In this document: one piece after another, positions 11,111 to 22,253 of the stretch
Numbering within the stretch: the stretch's first letter is position 1
Layout of the letters: every line of letters starts with the position of its first letter
Assembly (NCBI GenBank): GCA_030167865.1
Contig: JALAGF010004429.1
Location: 62,001 to 126,000, forward strand
Reading direction: 5' to 3'
Source: Craspedostauros australis
Lineage: Eukaryota
DNA: 64,000 bases
Made by a program: the position numbers and the translations under genes
Notes under the pieces: model-generated
Database searches by the model: none
Told to the model about the DNA's origin: nothing
The model's input: only the letters and a program-made list of their open reading frames with translations

Positions 11111-12875
11111 ATGCCGCAACGACGTGCCGTGGCTGGCTCCCAGAAGGATGCCGAGGAGATGGTGCCATTCAGCGAGACACTGGAGACCGGGAACGCACCA
11201 GGCAGACCACGGCCTTCCGCTCCTCCTTCCGCAAGTTCCGCTGGAGGTGCGTCGACGGGGGTCTCGTTGGAGGAACGGTACAACAGCGAAACCCTCAACG
11301 CCAAGCAGCAGAACTGGATGGACGGACCCTTCGCCTCTTCCATGCAGGATGAGTCGTGGAAGTCGGAGTACGCCAAGTTCCGCGCCGACCCCTACCGCCA
11401 GTGCATGGATTCCACGCGAACGGACGCAGGCCCCTGCGATTGCTGCTCCGTGGTGTGCTGCGGCATAATCGGTGCGGAACGAGTTGGTCACATGGCCGTA
11501 CTCAAGCAGTCCATGGAGGTTGTGGAGGAGGTCGTGGACAATGGAGATGGGAGCGAACCATCCGTGCGACGATACAAGCGCCCCAAATTGGACATCGTTA
11601 TCGGGCCGGTGAGTTGCATCGTTCGATCGGAGCATTGCTGTGTTGGAGAACGCAATAGAGTACTGTCCTTTACTCCCCTCTGCTCTGCTACTCTCTGCCA
11701 ATATCTATTCACATCGGCATGTCGCGATCATGAACTGACTCTTCAACTTTGTGCACATTCATTCCTTCGTCCCTTCGTTCCTCCTGTGCTTCACTCAATC
11801 GCAACTACATCTGCAAACAATGCTAACGTACAAACGTATTATACGAATCTGGTACACACCCGCATGTGACTGCACCTCTCACCTGACACTTCATGCCTAT
11901 GCCCCATGAACGTACGCACTGCACTGCGCTGCTCTACTGGACTCTGTCATGCCCCACATGCCAACCGAATGCAACTCTATATCGCAGTACTGGCCCATGC
12001 TGCTCTGCATTACGTATCCGTTAATCCTGGGTGTCTCCGGCCTTGCCTTGGTCACCGTTATTCCCAAGACGAACCCATTCGTTCAGCTGCTTTGGGGGTG
12101 CACCACGTTGGGACTGATCTACGCTCTGGCCATGACGGCATTCAGAGACCCAGGCATTTTGCCGCGATACGTGGAACTTCCACCGCACAGCAATGACCAA
12201 TGGAGATGGAGCGACCGTACCTATTCCTTCAAGCCAAGGGGCGCGTACTACGACCCGGATACTGGAGTTATCGTCGAGGAGTTTGATCACACGTAAGTTG
12301 CACAAGCTGCCTTTGATATGAGCGCGTGCATGCATGGTCTGGTTATCATCGTTCCTGTGCCTACTTGTGTGCCCATGCTCTCCAAATAGAACTCGCACTT
12401 TGGATCGAAGTTGCACGCTGGGATATCATGTGCCTGAAAGGTAATTGAAGCAATCCAATGGCTGAGCATCGTGGAGACGTTGCTTGTCTCGCAATGATGC
12501 ATTTTGTTGCACACATACATCGATGGATGCATGGACTCCACGACAATGTGAAAGAAAATACACACATGAATGCACCGCATCTGATCTGCTTGATGTTATC
12601 CGATTCGACTGCTTTACCGGCTCTCACGTTTTCTGCCAATTGGATTGGCTGATACATGGGTCGTTCGACTCTCTGGTTGTCCGATGTTTGACATCAATCG
12701 CTGACGGTGCCAACAAACTGATTATCGCACTCCCGCGATGCGTAGTTGTCCATGGACAGGAACAGCCATCGGGAAGAAGAACATGCCGGCATTCAAATGT
12801 TTCGTTGGTCTGGTTTTCTTCTGCCTCATGTTCAACATCATTCTGCTGACTGGCGGTCTGCGAAATTGGGAGTAA
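11111..12875 (+). CDS. DHHC-family palmitoyltransferase-like protein with DHTC motif; 3 exons (11111-11608, 11988-12292, 12746-12875), ~310 aa
   Basis: Two TM helices, 'RDPGILPR', then 'EEFDHT|CPWTGTAIGKKN' across a phase-2 intron (gtaag...cgtag), one further TM, and TAA at 12873-12875. Confidence 0.85.
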
Positions 12876-13989
12876 ACCAGTTCTTCTGGTCCATCATGCG
12901 GCAACGTAAGAGTACTTCGGCATGGGCCTATCGCCGTTCCACTATGACGAAACGACGACATATCCACAATCAATCTCACCCCAAAACGCCGACACTCCTG
13001 CAAAACTGCACGGCACGCAACCGCACGGCACACTTCATGGACGCTCGGCTCACGCGTACATATGTAATAAACATACATGCACAAACGCAGGTGTCCATGG
13101 ACGGGTGGGCCAATCGGACGCCACAACAAGCGATGGTTCTTCTACTTCCTTTGCTTCTTCTACAGCACCCTGCTCGCAGACACCATCTTGCTGTCGCAGT
13201 ATTATATCCACGGTCGTTATGAGGTGGCAGAACTGTAGGCTGTGAATGTATCCCCGTACGGCGATGCAAATCAATGCTATCGCGTCGAGGGAGTCGAATG
13301 TTGAGAGCATGAATGCTCTCTTGCTACACAGGGACGCCTTGTTCGAGGATGAATTCAACCTGACATCATACGCACAACATTCCACCCACACACTGTCGGC
13401 GAATGGAGAGGAATAGCTGATACTTCTGTAATCCACTCTCTGTATTCTCGGATTCAGGCACCCAGTTGGAAACAGCAGCCACTTGTTCTGGTGCTCTTCG
13501 AGTCATGAAGATCACTCCTTTTGGCCCAAGACGAGTCGCGCAGCTCGTAGGCTACAGGCAAGTGCAGGTGCGTTACTTTTGCCGGAGCATTTCCAATCGT
13601 GGATATATAGGGAGTCCCGATTTGGAATCCAGTCTTGTTTTTGTCTCGTCATCATGGTCATCGTGTGGCACGCGTTGTGCTGCCACCAATGACTTGTTTC
13701 TGTTCTGTCCGTTGCGAAGCGTGGACGCAAACCACGAAAGGTTTCCACGATGTTCGTGACGATCCTTGTGCGCTCGTGTGTGGCACAACAGTGGTAGTCT
13801 TTCTCAGACCGCCGCCACCAACATCCTCATCCGTTGATGTTGTCGGAACCATTTGTCGAGCACTATTCCATTCGTCAACAGCCGACAATCCATCGTCGCA
13901 GCCGGGCAAGGACGTGACATCATTGAAATCGGATACATTGCGCAAACGCACCGAGACCCTCCGAGAGAACGAGAGACGCAGGCATCATC

Positions 13990-15215
13990 ATGCATCTGAA
14001 GATATTTCTTGCGCTGGCCGTGCTGCGGATGGCCGCGGCCGCCAACATCCGACGCAGCGATGGCCGCCAGTTGCAGCTGGGGGGTGCACTGGATACACCC
14101 ACGGCGGCGCCAACGGAGGATGTGGCTCCAACGCCAGCGCCCACGGAAGAGGGTGACGATGAAACTGCGGAACCGACTGCGATGCCGACCGAAGACGCGG
14201 ATGAAGGATTGGGATCGGCATCGGGATTGACCGTGGGCGCTGTGCCAACCGGTGCACCAACAGTGGAGGACGTCGGCGATGATACTACTTCTGAACCAAC
14301 TGCGGAGGTTGATGGAACAGGAGAATCACCAACACCAAGCCCATCCGTGATCAGCATTGAATCTATCGAGCCAACGGAGTCGAAGCAAGCGGCAACCAAT
14401 CCAGCATCTGACACTGAATCGCCCACCGCAGCTCCATCTTTGCAACCCACAAGGAAGAAGACGCCCCCCACGCAGAGCCCAACTCCCCGTCCAACCCACA
14501 AAATGAAGACGCACCGACCAACAACATCGCCTACCCGCGACATTTACATTCCACCGGATGTGGATCCGATCAAGGATGAAGACGAGGATTCAGACTCTGC
14601 GGACAACTGGAACGACGACAAAACAGCCAACAACAGCGACTACGAAACGTTGGCGGAGATGGAGAAGGATCGCAACGTCCTGATAGCCTTGGCCATCGTG
14701 TTCGGGGTTGGAATCATCCTCGCCCTCGCCACCGCCCATCAGATGCTGGAGAATCCAGATGGTTGCTGCGCAAGGTACGTGCTACGTATCAACGTGTACC
14801 GCATTTGCATGTATGCGTACTACTACACTCCATGCGACTGTGCGCGAATGTGCATAGACTGTTCGACTGCGAAAACAAATACACTACCATGGCGTTGTTC
14901 CGGTCTTTGCCCGTGTTGGTTTGTGTCTCGTTTCCAAACTCGGTAAGTTCGATTCTCACAACGCATTCATCCATTTCTCGACCTCTTCCCATCATTCCCA
15001 ACCAACAACAACTCGCTGGATCGCAAACGCTGACCATGCATCGACATGCAATCTCACAACACAGTATCTGCCGCATCTTCGTGGCATGCTTCTGTGCAAT
15101 CTTGAGATGCGTCTGCTTCCCATGCAGAACGATCTGTGGCTGCACGGGGTCCAGCAATCGTCAAACGCACGAACTGGTGGATAATACCTTCACCAATGAT
15201 TTGGAACTCACGTGA
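13990..15215 (+). CDS. Type I membrane mucin-like (Pro/Thr/acidic) surface protein with Cys-rich cytoplasmic tail; 2 exons (13990-14774, 15065-15215), ~311 aa
   Basis: Signal peptide, RQL site, TPAPT/TSEPT/TPSPS repeats, TM 'VLIALAIVFGVGIILALATA', tail 'GCCA|SICRIFVACFCAILRCVCFPCRTICGC' joined in frame by gtac...acag. Confidence 0.8.
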
Positions 15216-15414
15216 GCGATGTCATAAAATGCAAGCATAAGAAATAGCAAGGCCATGGTACAGGTATGGAGGGAGCTCTCTCTTGATGCTAGTGAACAAG
15301 CTAATTACTATTCGACTCCACATATCTTTTGCTATGTTATGTGTGAAAGAACAGCACAAGGTAACAGATCAGCACAACTTGAGAGAGAAAGAGAGAGAGA
15401 GTATTCTACGTGCT

Positions 15415-17250
15415 CTATACTCGCCGCCTTCGTGACAGCAGCATCAATCCGATCGAACTCACTGTCATGACGGCGATCGTGGCGTTCCTCGCTGTGAAGG
15501 TCGAACGGAACAGATCCAAAAAGGCAGAGAAGTAGGATGTTGTGGCAACCACGCCAAACGAATGACGTGCCTGTTGCGCCCGCGCCTTGTCCTTGCTCAC
15601 GTCCCAAAAGAACTGTTCCTCGGCCGCGATCAACTTGCTCAGCAATCGTTCTTGCGCGATTGCATCCATTGCGTCTCCCGTTCCGTTGCCATCACTGTGA
15701 CCCTCCGCATCGCTGTCGCCTTCTCCAGTCTGCATGCTCGCGTTGTACCATTTGAAGAAGCGTGCGAAGTAGCGCCGCGATATGGCTTGGCATCGGGCAT
15801 CACGCAGAGCGATGCTTTGCATCTTCATGTAGATACTCTCGTCCAGGTCGTAGTGTGGGCTCAAGACGACGGCCATGTCGCAGTGGTTACACATTCGAGG
15901 TTCCTCATCGGACTTCACACATGCAAAGCAAGCGGCGGCATTCTCACCGCATAAGCTACTGCGATCACCTGACTTGTGTTTGCTTCCGCTAGGTACGACG
16001 ACATCGCCGCACCCACAACTCCGGATCATCGCGCCAACCACGACGTCGGAACAGACAGGGCAGATGTATTCGGCTGGCAGGATGTCCGCCATGTCATCCA
16101 TGCCGACGCGATCTGCTTCTGACGATGGCCGTCCGCCGCTCGATTGGATGCGGAACTCATCATCGTTCGCCAGTGCTTTGGCGATCATGGACGCCTGTTC
16201 ATGGAGCTGCCTCCAGTCCGACTCCGTGAGATTCGAGTACCAGTTCTCACTCGGTCGGCTCTGGCTAAGCAGCCGCTCAGCGACATTCACGAATGCTTCT
16301 CTCGTATGCATGCTCGATGAAACTTCTGCCGCTGCTGATGTCGATTCTGTCGTATAGAGATTTCTCGTTTGCGTTTGGGCACGAGTGGATCCAGTGTTTG
16401 CAGAGTGGTCATTCCCTGTGCTACCACCGACGTCTCGATTGGAGTTTGACGAATTGTTGTTCTTGGTCTTCTTCGAGCGTTTCTTTTTGGGGGCAAAGTA
16501 GCGAACTCGTGGCAAAGTTTGGCTGGGCAGAGTCGCAATGGAATCCAGGTTCGTGTGCTGCAGCTCTACCCGACTGCCTTCCTCTTCATGTGATGGTTGG
16601 GGTGCTGGGACTGGCGCTGGATTTTCCGCAGACATGGGCATGGAAGCCGAAGCTGACGTCGATATCGATGATATTGTTGGCCACGACATTGCCACATCTG
16701 GTCCTTGCTGATCTCCGTCCAACGACAGGGTGGACGAAGAGGAACAAGATTGCCCATCTTCCACGATAGTGATCTCGCTGGATTCCAACGTCTCAACGCT
16801 TGGACAAGTCACTTGATGAAACGACGCAGGCGTTGCACCATGTCCATGGTTGGAATCTGCATCACCTTCAGACTCGGCCTCACCGTCGAATTGAGCGTGA
16901 GCATGAGCATGAGCATTAACATTCGCATCGACTTCAGTAAAGGCTGAGGCTTGGAGAGTGGATTCGAATGCCTCGATGAACTGGCGGTTGGTCGAAGAAG
17001 AGAGATCGCTGCTTCCGAAGAAAAGATCGCTGCTCGCCTCGCTTCCACCAGTCCCTTCAGCACGACTCAGTGTGGACGAATCCGCTGCTGCAGATGGGTC
17101 AGGTGCATGGGCCATGCTTGCGACGTAGCTGATGTCCTGTTCACGTTCGCGCTCTTGCGCTTCTTCATGATCGCTACTGGTTGAGAGAGTATCCGACACC
17201 TCACCGAACAACGACGACTCCATGCCAGCTGCTGCATTCACAGTCTTCAT
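15415..17250 (-). CDS. Low-complexity protein with RING-like Cys cluster and C-terminal hydrophobic tail anchor; ~611 aa
   Basis: Long ORF; 'YICPVCSDVVVGAMIRSCGC...CFAC...CNHC'; ends 'TIAVMTVSSIGLMLLSRRRRV'. First ATG is at 17250. Confidence 0.7.
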   Translation of the reverse strand: MKTVNAAAGMESSLFGEVSDTLSTSSDHEEAQEREREQDISYVASMAHAPDPSAAADSSTLSRAEGTGGSEASSDLFFGSSDLSSSTNRQFIEAFESTLQASAFTEVDANVNAHAHAHAQFDGEAESEGDADSNHGHGATPASFHQVTCPSVETLESSEITIVEDGQSCSSSSTLSLDGDQQGPDVAMSWPTISSISTSASASMPMSAENPAPVPAPQPSHEEEGSRVELQHTNLDSIATLPSQTLPRVRYFAPKKKRSKKTKNNNSSNSNRDVGGSTGNDHSANTGSTRAQTQTRNLYTTESTSAAAEVSSSMHTREAFVNVAERLLSQSRPSENWYSNLTESDWRQLHEQASMIAKALANDDEFRIQSSGGRPSSEADRVGMDDMADILPAEYICPVCSDVVVGAMIRSCGCGDVVVPSGSKHKSGDRSSLCGENAAACFACVKSDEEPRMCNHCDMAVVLSPHYDLDESIYMKMQSIALRDARCQAISRRYFARFFKWYNASMQTGEGDSDAEGHSDGNGTGDAMDAIAQERLLSKLIAAEEQFFWDVSKDKARAQQARHSFGVVATTSYFSAFLDLFRSTFTARNATIAVMTVSSIGLMLLSRRRRV

Positions 17251-18289
17251 CCCTGTCGCTGTTGGGGCAAAAGTGGTATGCTTCCCAAGCTCTCTTTTCT
17301 TCTCCTTTCGCGTTCTGCTCCGTATCCTTGTTCTTGTTCTTGCAATGGCCGGTTGAGCAATCAACCGGGTTAGTTTTCACACTGGCGCGGTGCTGGTGCG
17401 TATCTTGATGTGTCCAGATTGGTGGGTTGTTGTGATGTTTGCAGCAAGATGAAGAGAACTGGTTCTGCATTTCTGTGCAGAACAACACGAGAAGGCGTTC
17501 GTTCCTGTGCAATCACACACCTCTTTGACGTCAAGATTCTTTCGTTGTGTTTCGTTCGACTTAGGTCTTGCGTAATTTATTTCGAATTTCCACCAACTCC
17601 TACTTTGACGTTGAAATAAATTCAGTTGGTATTTTGCAAAGAGCTAACTTCATCACGACCAACCCAAACGAGCCAATCTCTGATTCCCTCACCCAGCGAC
17701 AAGATCAAAAGAGCGGTATCATCGACCACTACGTGCACATGCTGCAAGTACTCTTATGACTTTCATCCTCGAGAATGAAGATCCAACGCAGGGACTGGTC
17801 CTTCTGCGCGGCGTGGCTTTGATGGATACGGCACTGGGACAATTCCAATGGATGGAGTTGATCGTACCATACACTCTGCGCCGCTCGGCAATGAAGCAGT
17901 TCTTCGGCTGCGCAAACGAAAACGCGCAATCGTGTGCGCAATCGTAGGTGTGCACCGTCCCTGTTCATGAAACCAGCAGAGATGCAAACTGTGGGCCTGA
18001 ACGATGCAGGATTCTTTCCTTTCGCTCTTGGATCGGCAATGCACGGGCAGCGAGGATCGTGGAAAGATCAAGGCAACGCGGTTCTCTATTGGCACAGAGC
18101 CATCATCATCCCTGCTCACAAACTCCTCTCTTCCTCTCACAAAATACAAAAACCCCAACAGATCAATCAACCGCATTTCACCAACAGCCACCAACCAGCA
18201 ATACTACCAGCAATACTACCACCAACACCACCAACAACACCAACGACAACAACAACAACAAAATCCCAATCACATCAAACTCAGCTAAC

Positions 18290-19868
18290 ATGAACTACTC
18301 CAACAACGTCGTCTCTTCACTCGCACTCTTGGCAACAACCGTCGCTATCCTCACTATCTCACCGTCTCAGCAGCCGCGTCTATTCGCTTCGGCAACAGAA
18401 TCGCGTCTTCGCGGTGCGAGCAGGCGTCATCCCATCGCCAATCAGAACAATGGCAAGCGATTCCTCCATCACCACCACCATCATGGTGCCACAAGCAAGA
18501 GTTCCAAAGGCGGAGCAAGCGATACGGTGAGTCAAGAAAAGCATTCAGAGATTGGAGTCATCAAACTGTGCACAACAGCCTCCCAGAGAGGGCACCTGCA
18601 GGTGAACTTACTTTCATCATACATGCTGATCAAAACGCTGATGACGATGGCATGAGAATTCTGACTCACACTTATTCGGTTCAATCATGCAATGCTCTTC
18701 ATCATGTCAATGTTATCTCTGTTTTCTTCAGGCCGGGCAGCAGACCCAATCGGAGGCAGCTTCGCCCACTGACGTGGATGCAAAGTCAGTCACGTACTCC
18801 GATAGCATCAACATCGCCGTCGCAAGTTCGGCGACCACCAACTGCATGGACTTCGACGGACTCTGTGATGTGTACTTCGACCTCTTCATCGCAGGCACCG
18901 CTGGTCCCACACACGGCAACAACACGGCCAACAACGAAACCGTCGGAAGCAATGTCACTGAGTTTTCGCTGGTGTATGCAGAAGCTGCTGCCACATTGGC
19001 ATGCGGGTTTGCACGCAGAGCTTCCAGCGCAGCCACTGCAAATATCCATGCTCACGCAGACTTCAACATCACCCAGCATGGCGATGAGATCCGCCATATC
19101 CATCTCGACACTTCGTTGGACTTTGCACTGGCAACCATCACTGTTGGCGAGGTTGCCACCGCCAGCATCGCTGATTCCGAAAGCGTGGCATTCGCCTACG
19201 CATACCAGGATATCGACGACTTTTGTAGCACTTTGCACAACTCCACCAATCATACGCAGGAGGAGCTGGACATGTTCGATGCCACATGCAACGAACAAAT
19301 TCAGCTGGCCGAGAGCTACGGCATGGCTTCCGCAGAATCCTACGCTTCCTCCATCTCTCGCGCCCTGCAGGCCGTGTCGCATGACTCGAGCATCGAGGTC
19401 ATGGGACAGGACATCGAGTACTTCCGCGCATCCCTCGTCGTTGGCGCCAGCTCGTTCGGGCACAGCCAAAGTGTGTCCGCCACCGAAACATTCACTGCTG
19501 CATACGCAAGTGCCGTTTCTGCTTCGACATCCGTGGCGGAATCTTGCCAAGAGTGGTACAGCGCCCACTGCTTCGAAGGACAGAGCAATACCAACAGCAC
19601 TGATGCAAATGCAACCGACGTCGAAGGCCTTCACATCGTGTGCGAGGTTGCTGTGGACGAATTTTGCACTAACGTGTACTCCATGATCGCGGCAGAGAGC
19701 CTTGCTCTGTCCAATGCCTTCGGAGCGTCGGCCGCCACCTCCGTTGCCGCAGCAGAGCTGACGTTTGGATTGGAGGTGAATTTCGTGAAGGGTGACAACG
19801 AGACCATGAAGATCAATCTTGCGGACGATGGCATGAGCCCTGTCAATGTGATTGCCGGTTGCTTGTAG
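18290..19868 (+). CDS. Secreted acidic Ala/Ser-rich glycoprotein with propeptide, His6 and KSSK motif; 2 exons (18290-18526, 18732-19868), ~457 aa
   Basis: Signal peptide, 'RLRG...KRFLHHHHHHGATSKSSKGG'; phase-0 intron gtgag...ttcag; many N-x-S/T sequons; no TM. Confidence 0.8.
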
Positions 19869-19994
19869 AAGCAGATTGATGCGATGCAATGCAATGCAAA
19901 CATCTCACGACTGAAATGCCGGAGAGATAGAGAGGCAGATAGATAGACGATGATATAGAGATATCCACTGGATAGACATACAGATACAGGACAC

Positions 19995-20340
19995 ATGTTG
20001 CGTTGGAGCGCATTGTATTGAATGCTGTCGAGTAGCCACCGGTAGTGAACGAAGATGGTATCGCCGGTTGCTTTCTTCAAGGAGGGGGCAAAGTCGGAAC
20101 GACGCGATCCATTGACTGTCTGTCAGTTTGTTCTGTTCCTTTGTATTCTTGATGTTGTCTGTCTGTTTGGACTATCCGTTGTGTCCGTTAAAATGTTGCT
20201 CGAGATATCAAACGGTCTAACACGTTTGATGAAGTATAGGTATACACCTTCGAAAATGCCAAGTCCAGCGATGGCCAACCAATCTCCTTTGTGATCAGAG
20301 GAGGTCGAACATGCCTGACACACAAAGGCCCAAGATCACA
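19995..20340 (-). pseudogene. Possible decayed BRCT-domain gene fragment
   Basis: In one frame, 'GIFEGVYLYF' (BRCT strand-1-like) is followed about 70 residues later by 'IFVHYRWLLDSI' (BRCT W-x-x-D helix-like), with a TGA at 20123-20125 between them. Confidence 0.35.
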
Positions 20341-21308
20341 CATCATATCTGTACGCAACCACAGCACCACATCCGATAGTGAGGAGCCCACGATCGTGGA
20401 CGAACTTTGATTGAGCATGATGAGGATCGTGTGGCTCGTACCGCTCGAATGCAGCATGATCCGTCTCACGCATAGTCGTACTCTGCGCATCGTCGAATGT
20501 CAATCCAAGACAATTCCTCTTGCTAAATATTTACACAGCGTGTTGTTACAATTGTGAGATCGTTGATCTTCTTGAAGCCCTGCAGACAATCGGCAGCCGA
20601 CGATACAGTACAAGGTACAGCATCACAGAGCAACTGGTTGAGTCCAAAGTGCAACTTCGACTGCCCCTCTTGACATGAAGTGGCGACCTGCTTCCCCTCT
20701 CTCAATCCTTTCTCAACCATGAGCCAAATAGATCGAAGGGTGCAAGCATTGTCCAATCGAATACTAGATTGCGTTGTCACACCCTTGCACTTCCTTGCAT
20801 CCCAGTACATTCCGTCGTCTCGTTTCGTCTCAGCTCTTCCCAGCCTGACTAGAGTTGGTTAACAACGTTGACTCGAGGTGTGCTGCATCATGTTGGATCA
20901 TGAGAATAACACTGACTCATATAATAGTACTCTACTCTTGAGTACGGTGCGCGCTTATCGGACGCTCGTTGGTCATACCCCTGTGCAGTTTTGCAATCGG
21001 AAGCAGAACTGCAATCGAGTGGTTTGTGGGATGAAAATAGCAGAGGACGGTACCAATACGGAAGATGTGAGAGGACGCGGTGTCGTGGACGTTGCAGTTG
21101 GCCATGAAGTGGAGAGAATGGAGGCATAAGTCGATCAATCGTGAGTGAATGTGTGGGAGTTGTTGGCTCAACGATAGGGAGGTTTCGGCTTATGCAGAGT
21201 GCGCATTCGTCGATGTCCAACAGATCATGGTTCCATGTCGTGGGCCCACCAAATCACATCATTACGGTCCCGGATTCAAGTGCGGATCGAAATCCCATCA
21301 CAACTCAC

Positions 21309-22253
21309 CTGACAGACTGAACATCTCGCGGGGCAGAGCCTTCGAGGATCATCAAAGTCATCACCCATGGGGCATCTGAGGTAGCCCTGGCTGAAGAGCT
21401 GCTCGGTCTGCACGCATCTGCACCCTGTGAGGTCTGACGACGATTGACATGTGTCGGCCAAATCCCGGAGCCAGACGTTGCTGTAAGCATTGCAGTTGGA
21501 CAGATCGAAGAGATCGTTGCTGCCATCACCTCCGGTGCTGCTCTTGTTGGTCTTGGAACCGCCAGCCCAACTATTGTCTGCTGTCGATTTAATGGATTTA
21601 GCTTCGTCCACCCCCGTGCTCTTGGTACCCTTCGATGCCCATGATTTCGGGGTGGTGTTGATGGAGCTGATCTCGATGCCCTTCGATAATGCGCCTTCCC
21701 TTGAATGCTTGGGCTCCTTGGTTGATTTGGGTGCTTTGGTCTTGTAGGACTTCAACCGTCTTGTGGTGCCAGTTGCCGATGAATCTTCCTTGCTGCCTCT
21801 CGCCTCCTCACCTTGGACCTGTCGCTTGCCTTCATGTTGGTGTTGGTGCTGGTGCTGGCCATGTTGTGCTGGATGCAGCAGTTCATACTGTTGCAGCAGG
21901 TGCGATATCTCTGTGTTGAGCTCTGCCTGTTGCATGAACAAAGGCACTGCAGGTGTGTGTTTGCCTCGGACCAGATGCGTCTGCTGCTGCTTCTGCTTCT
22001 GCTGCTGACGATGATGATGTCCGCGATCACGTTCGTTCTCGGCAGCCACATCCAAGGCCTCTCCTCGAGGCAAGACCACCTCGAGCATGTTGCCTGGTCT
22101 CTCATCAGGTCTGGCGTCTGTATTGATCCGCTTCGAATGAAACGAACGGGGCTCCAAAGCAAGCAGTATCACGAGGAGCACCGAAGACAAACACCATCGT
22201 GAAGGTAGCAGCCGCGTTTGCAGGTGGCAAGAGGTGGGTCTTCGTCTCATCAT
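21309..22253 (-). CDS. First exon of a secreted or membrane RXL/KXXK protein with Cys-rich domain; 3' exon unresolved
   Basis: Hydrophobic leader, Q/H-rich propeptide, 'RRL' then KSYK/KAPK/KSTK/KEPK/KGTK/KSIK/KTNK, Cys domain ending 'CPARCSVCQ' at a gtgag donor (21308). Confidence 0.65.

Noticed and set aside
17756-17947. Protein-like short ORFs in intergenic DNA (also ~13260-13420 and ~36710-36830)
   Set aside because: No recognisable motif or splice structure; cannot be told from chance without a search.
18786-19889. 367-aa minus ORF and the overlapping 372-aa alternative plus ORF
   Set aside because: Shadows of the secreted-protein exon, which has the valid splice and start.
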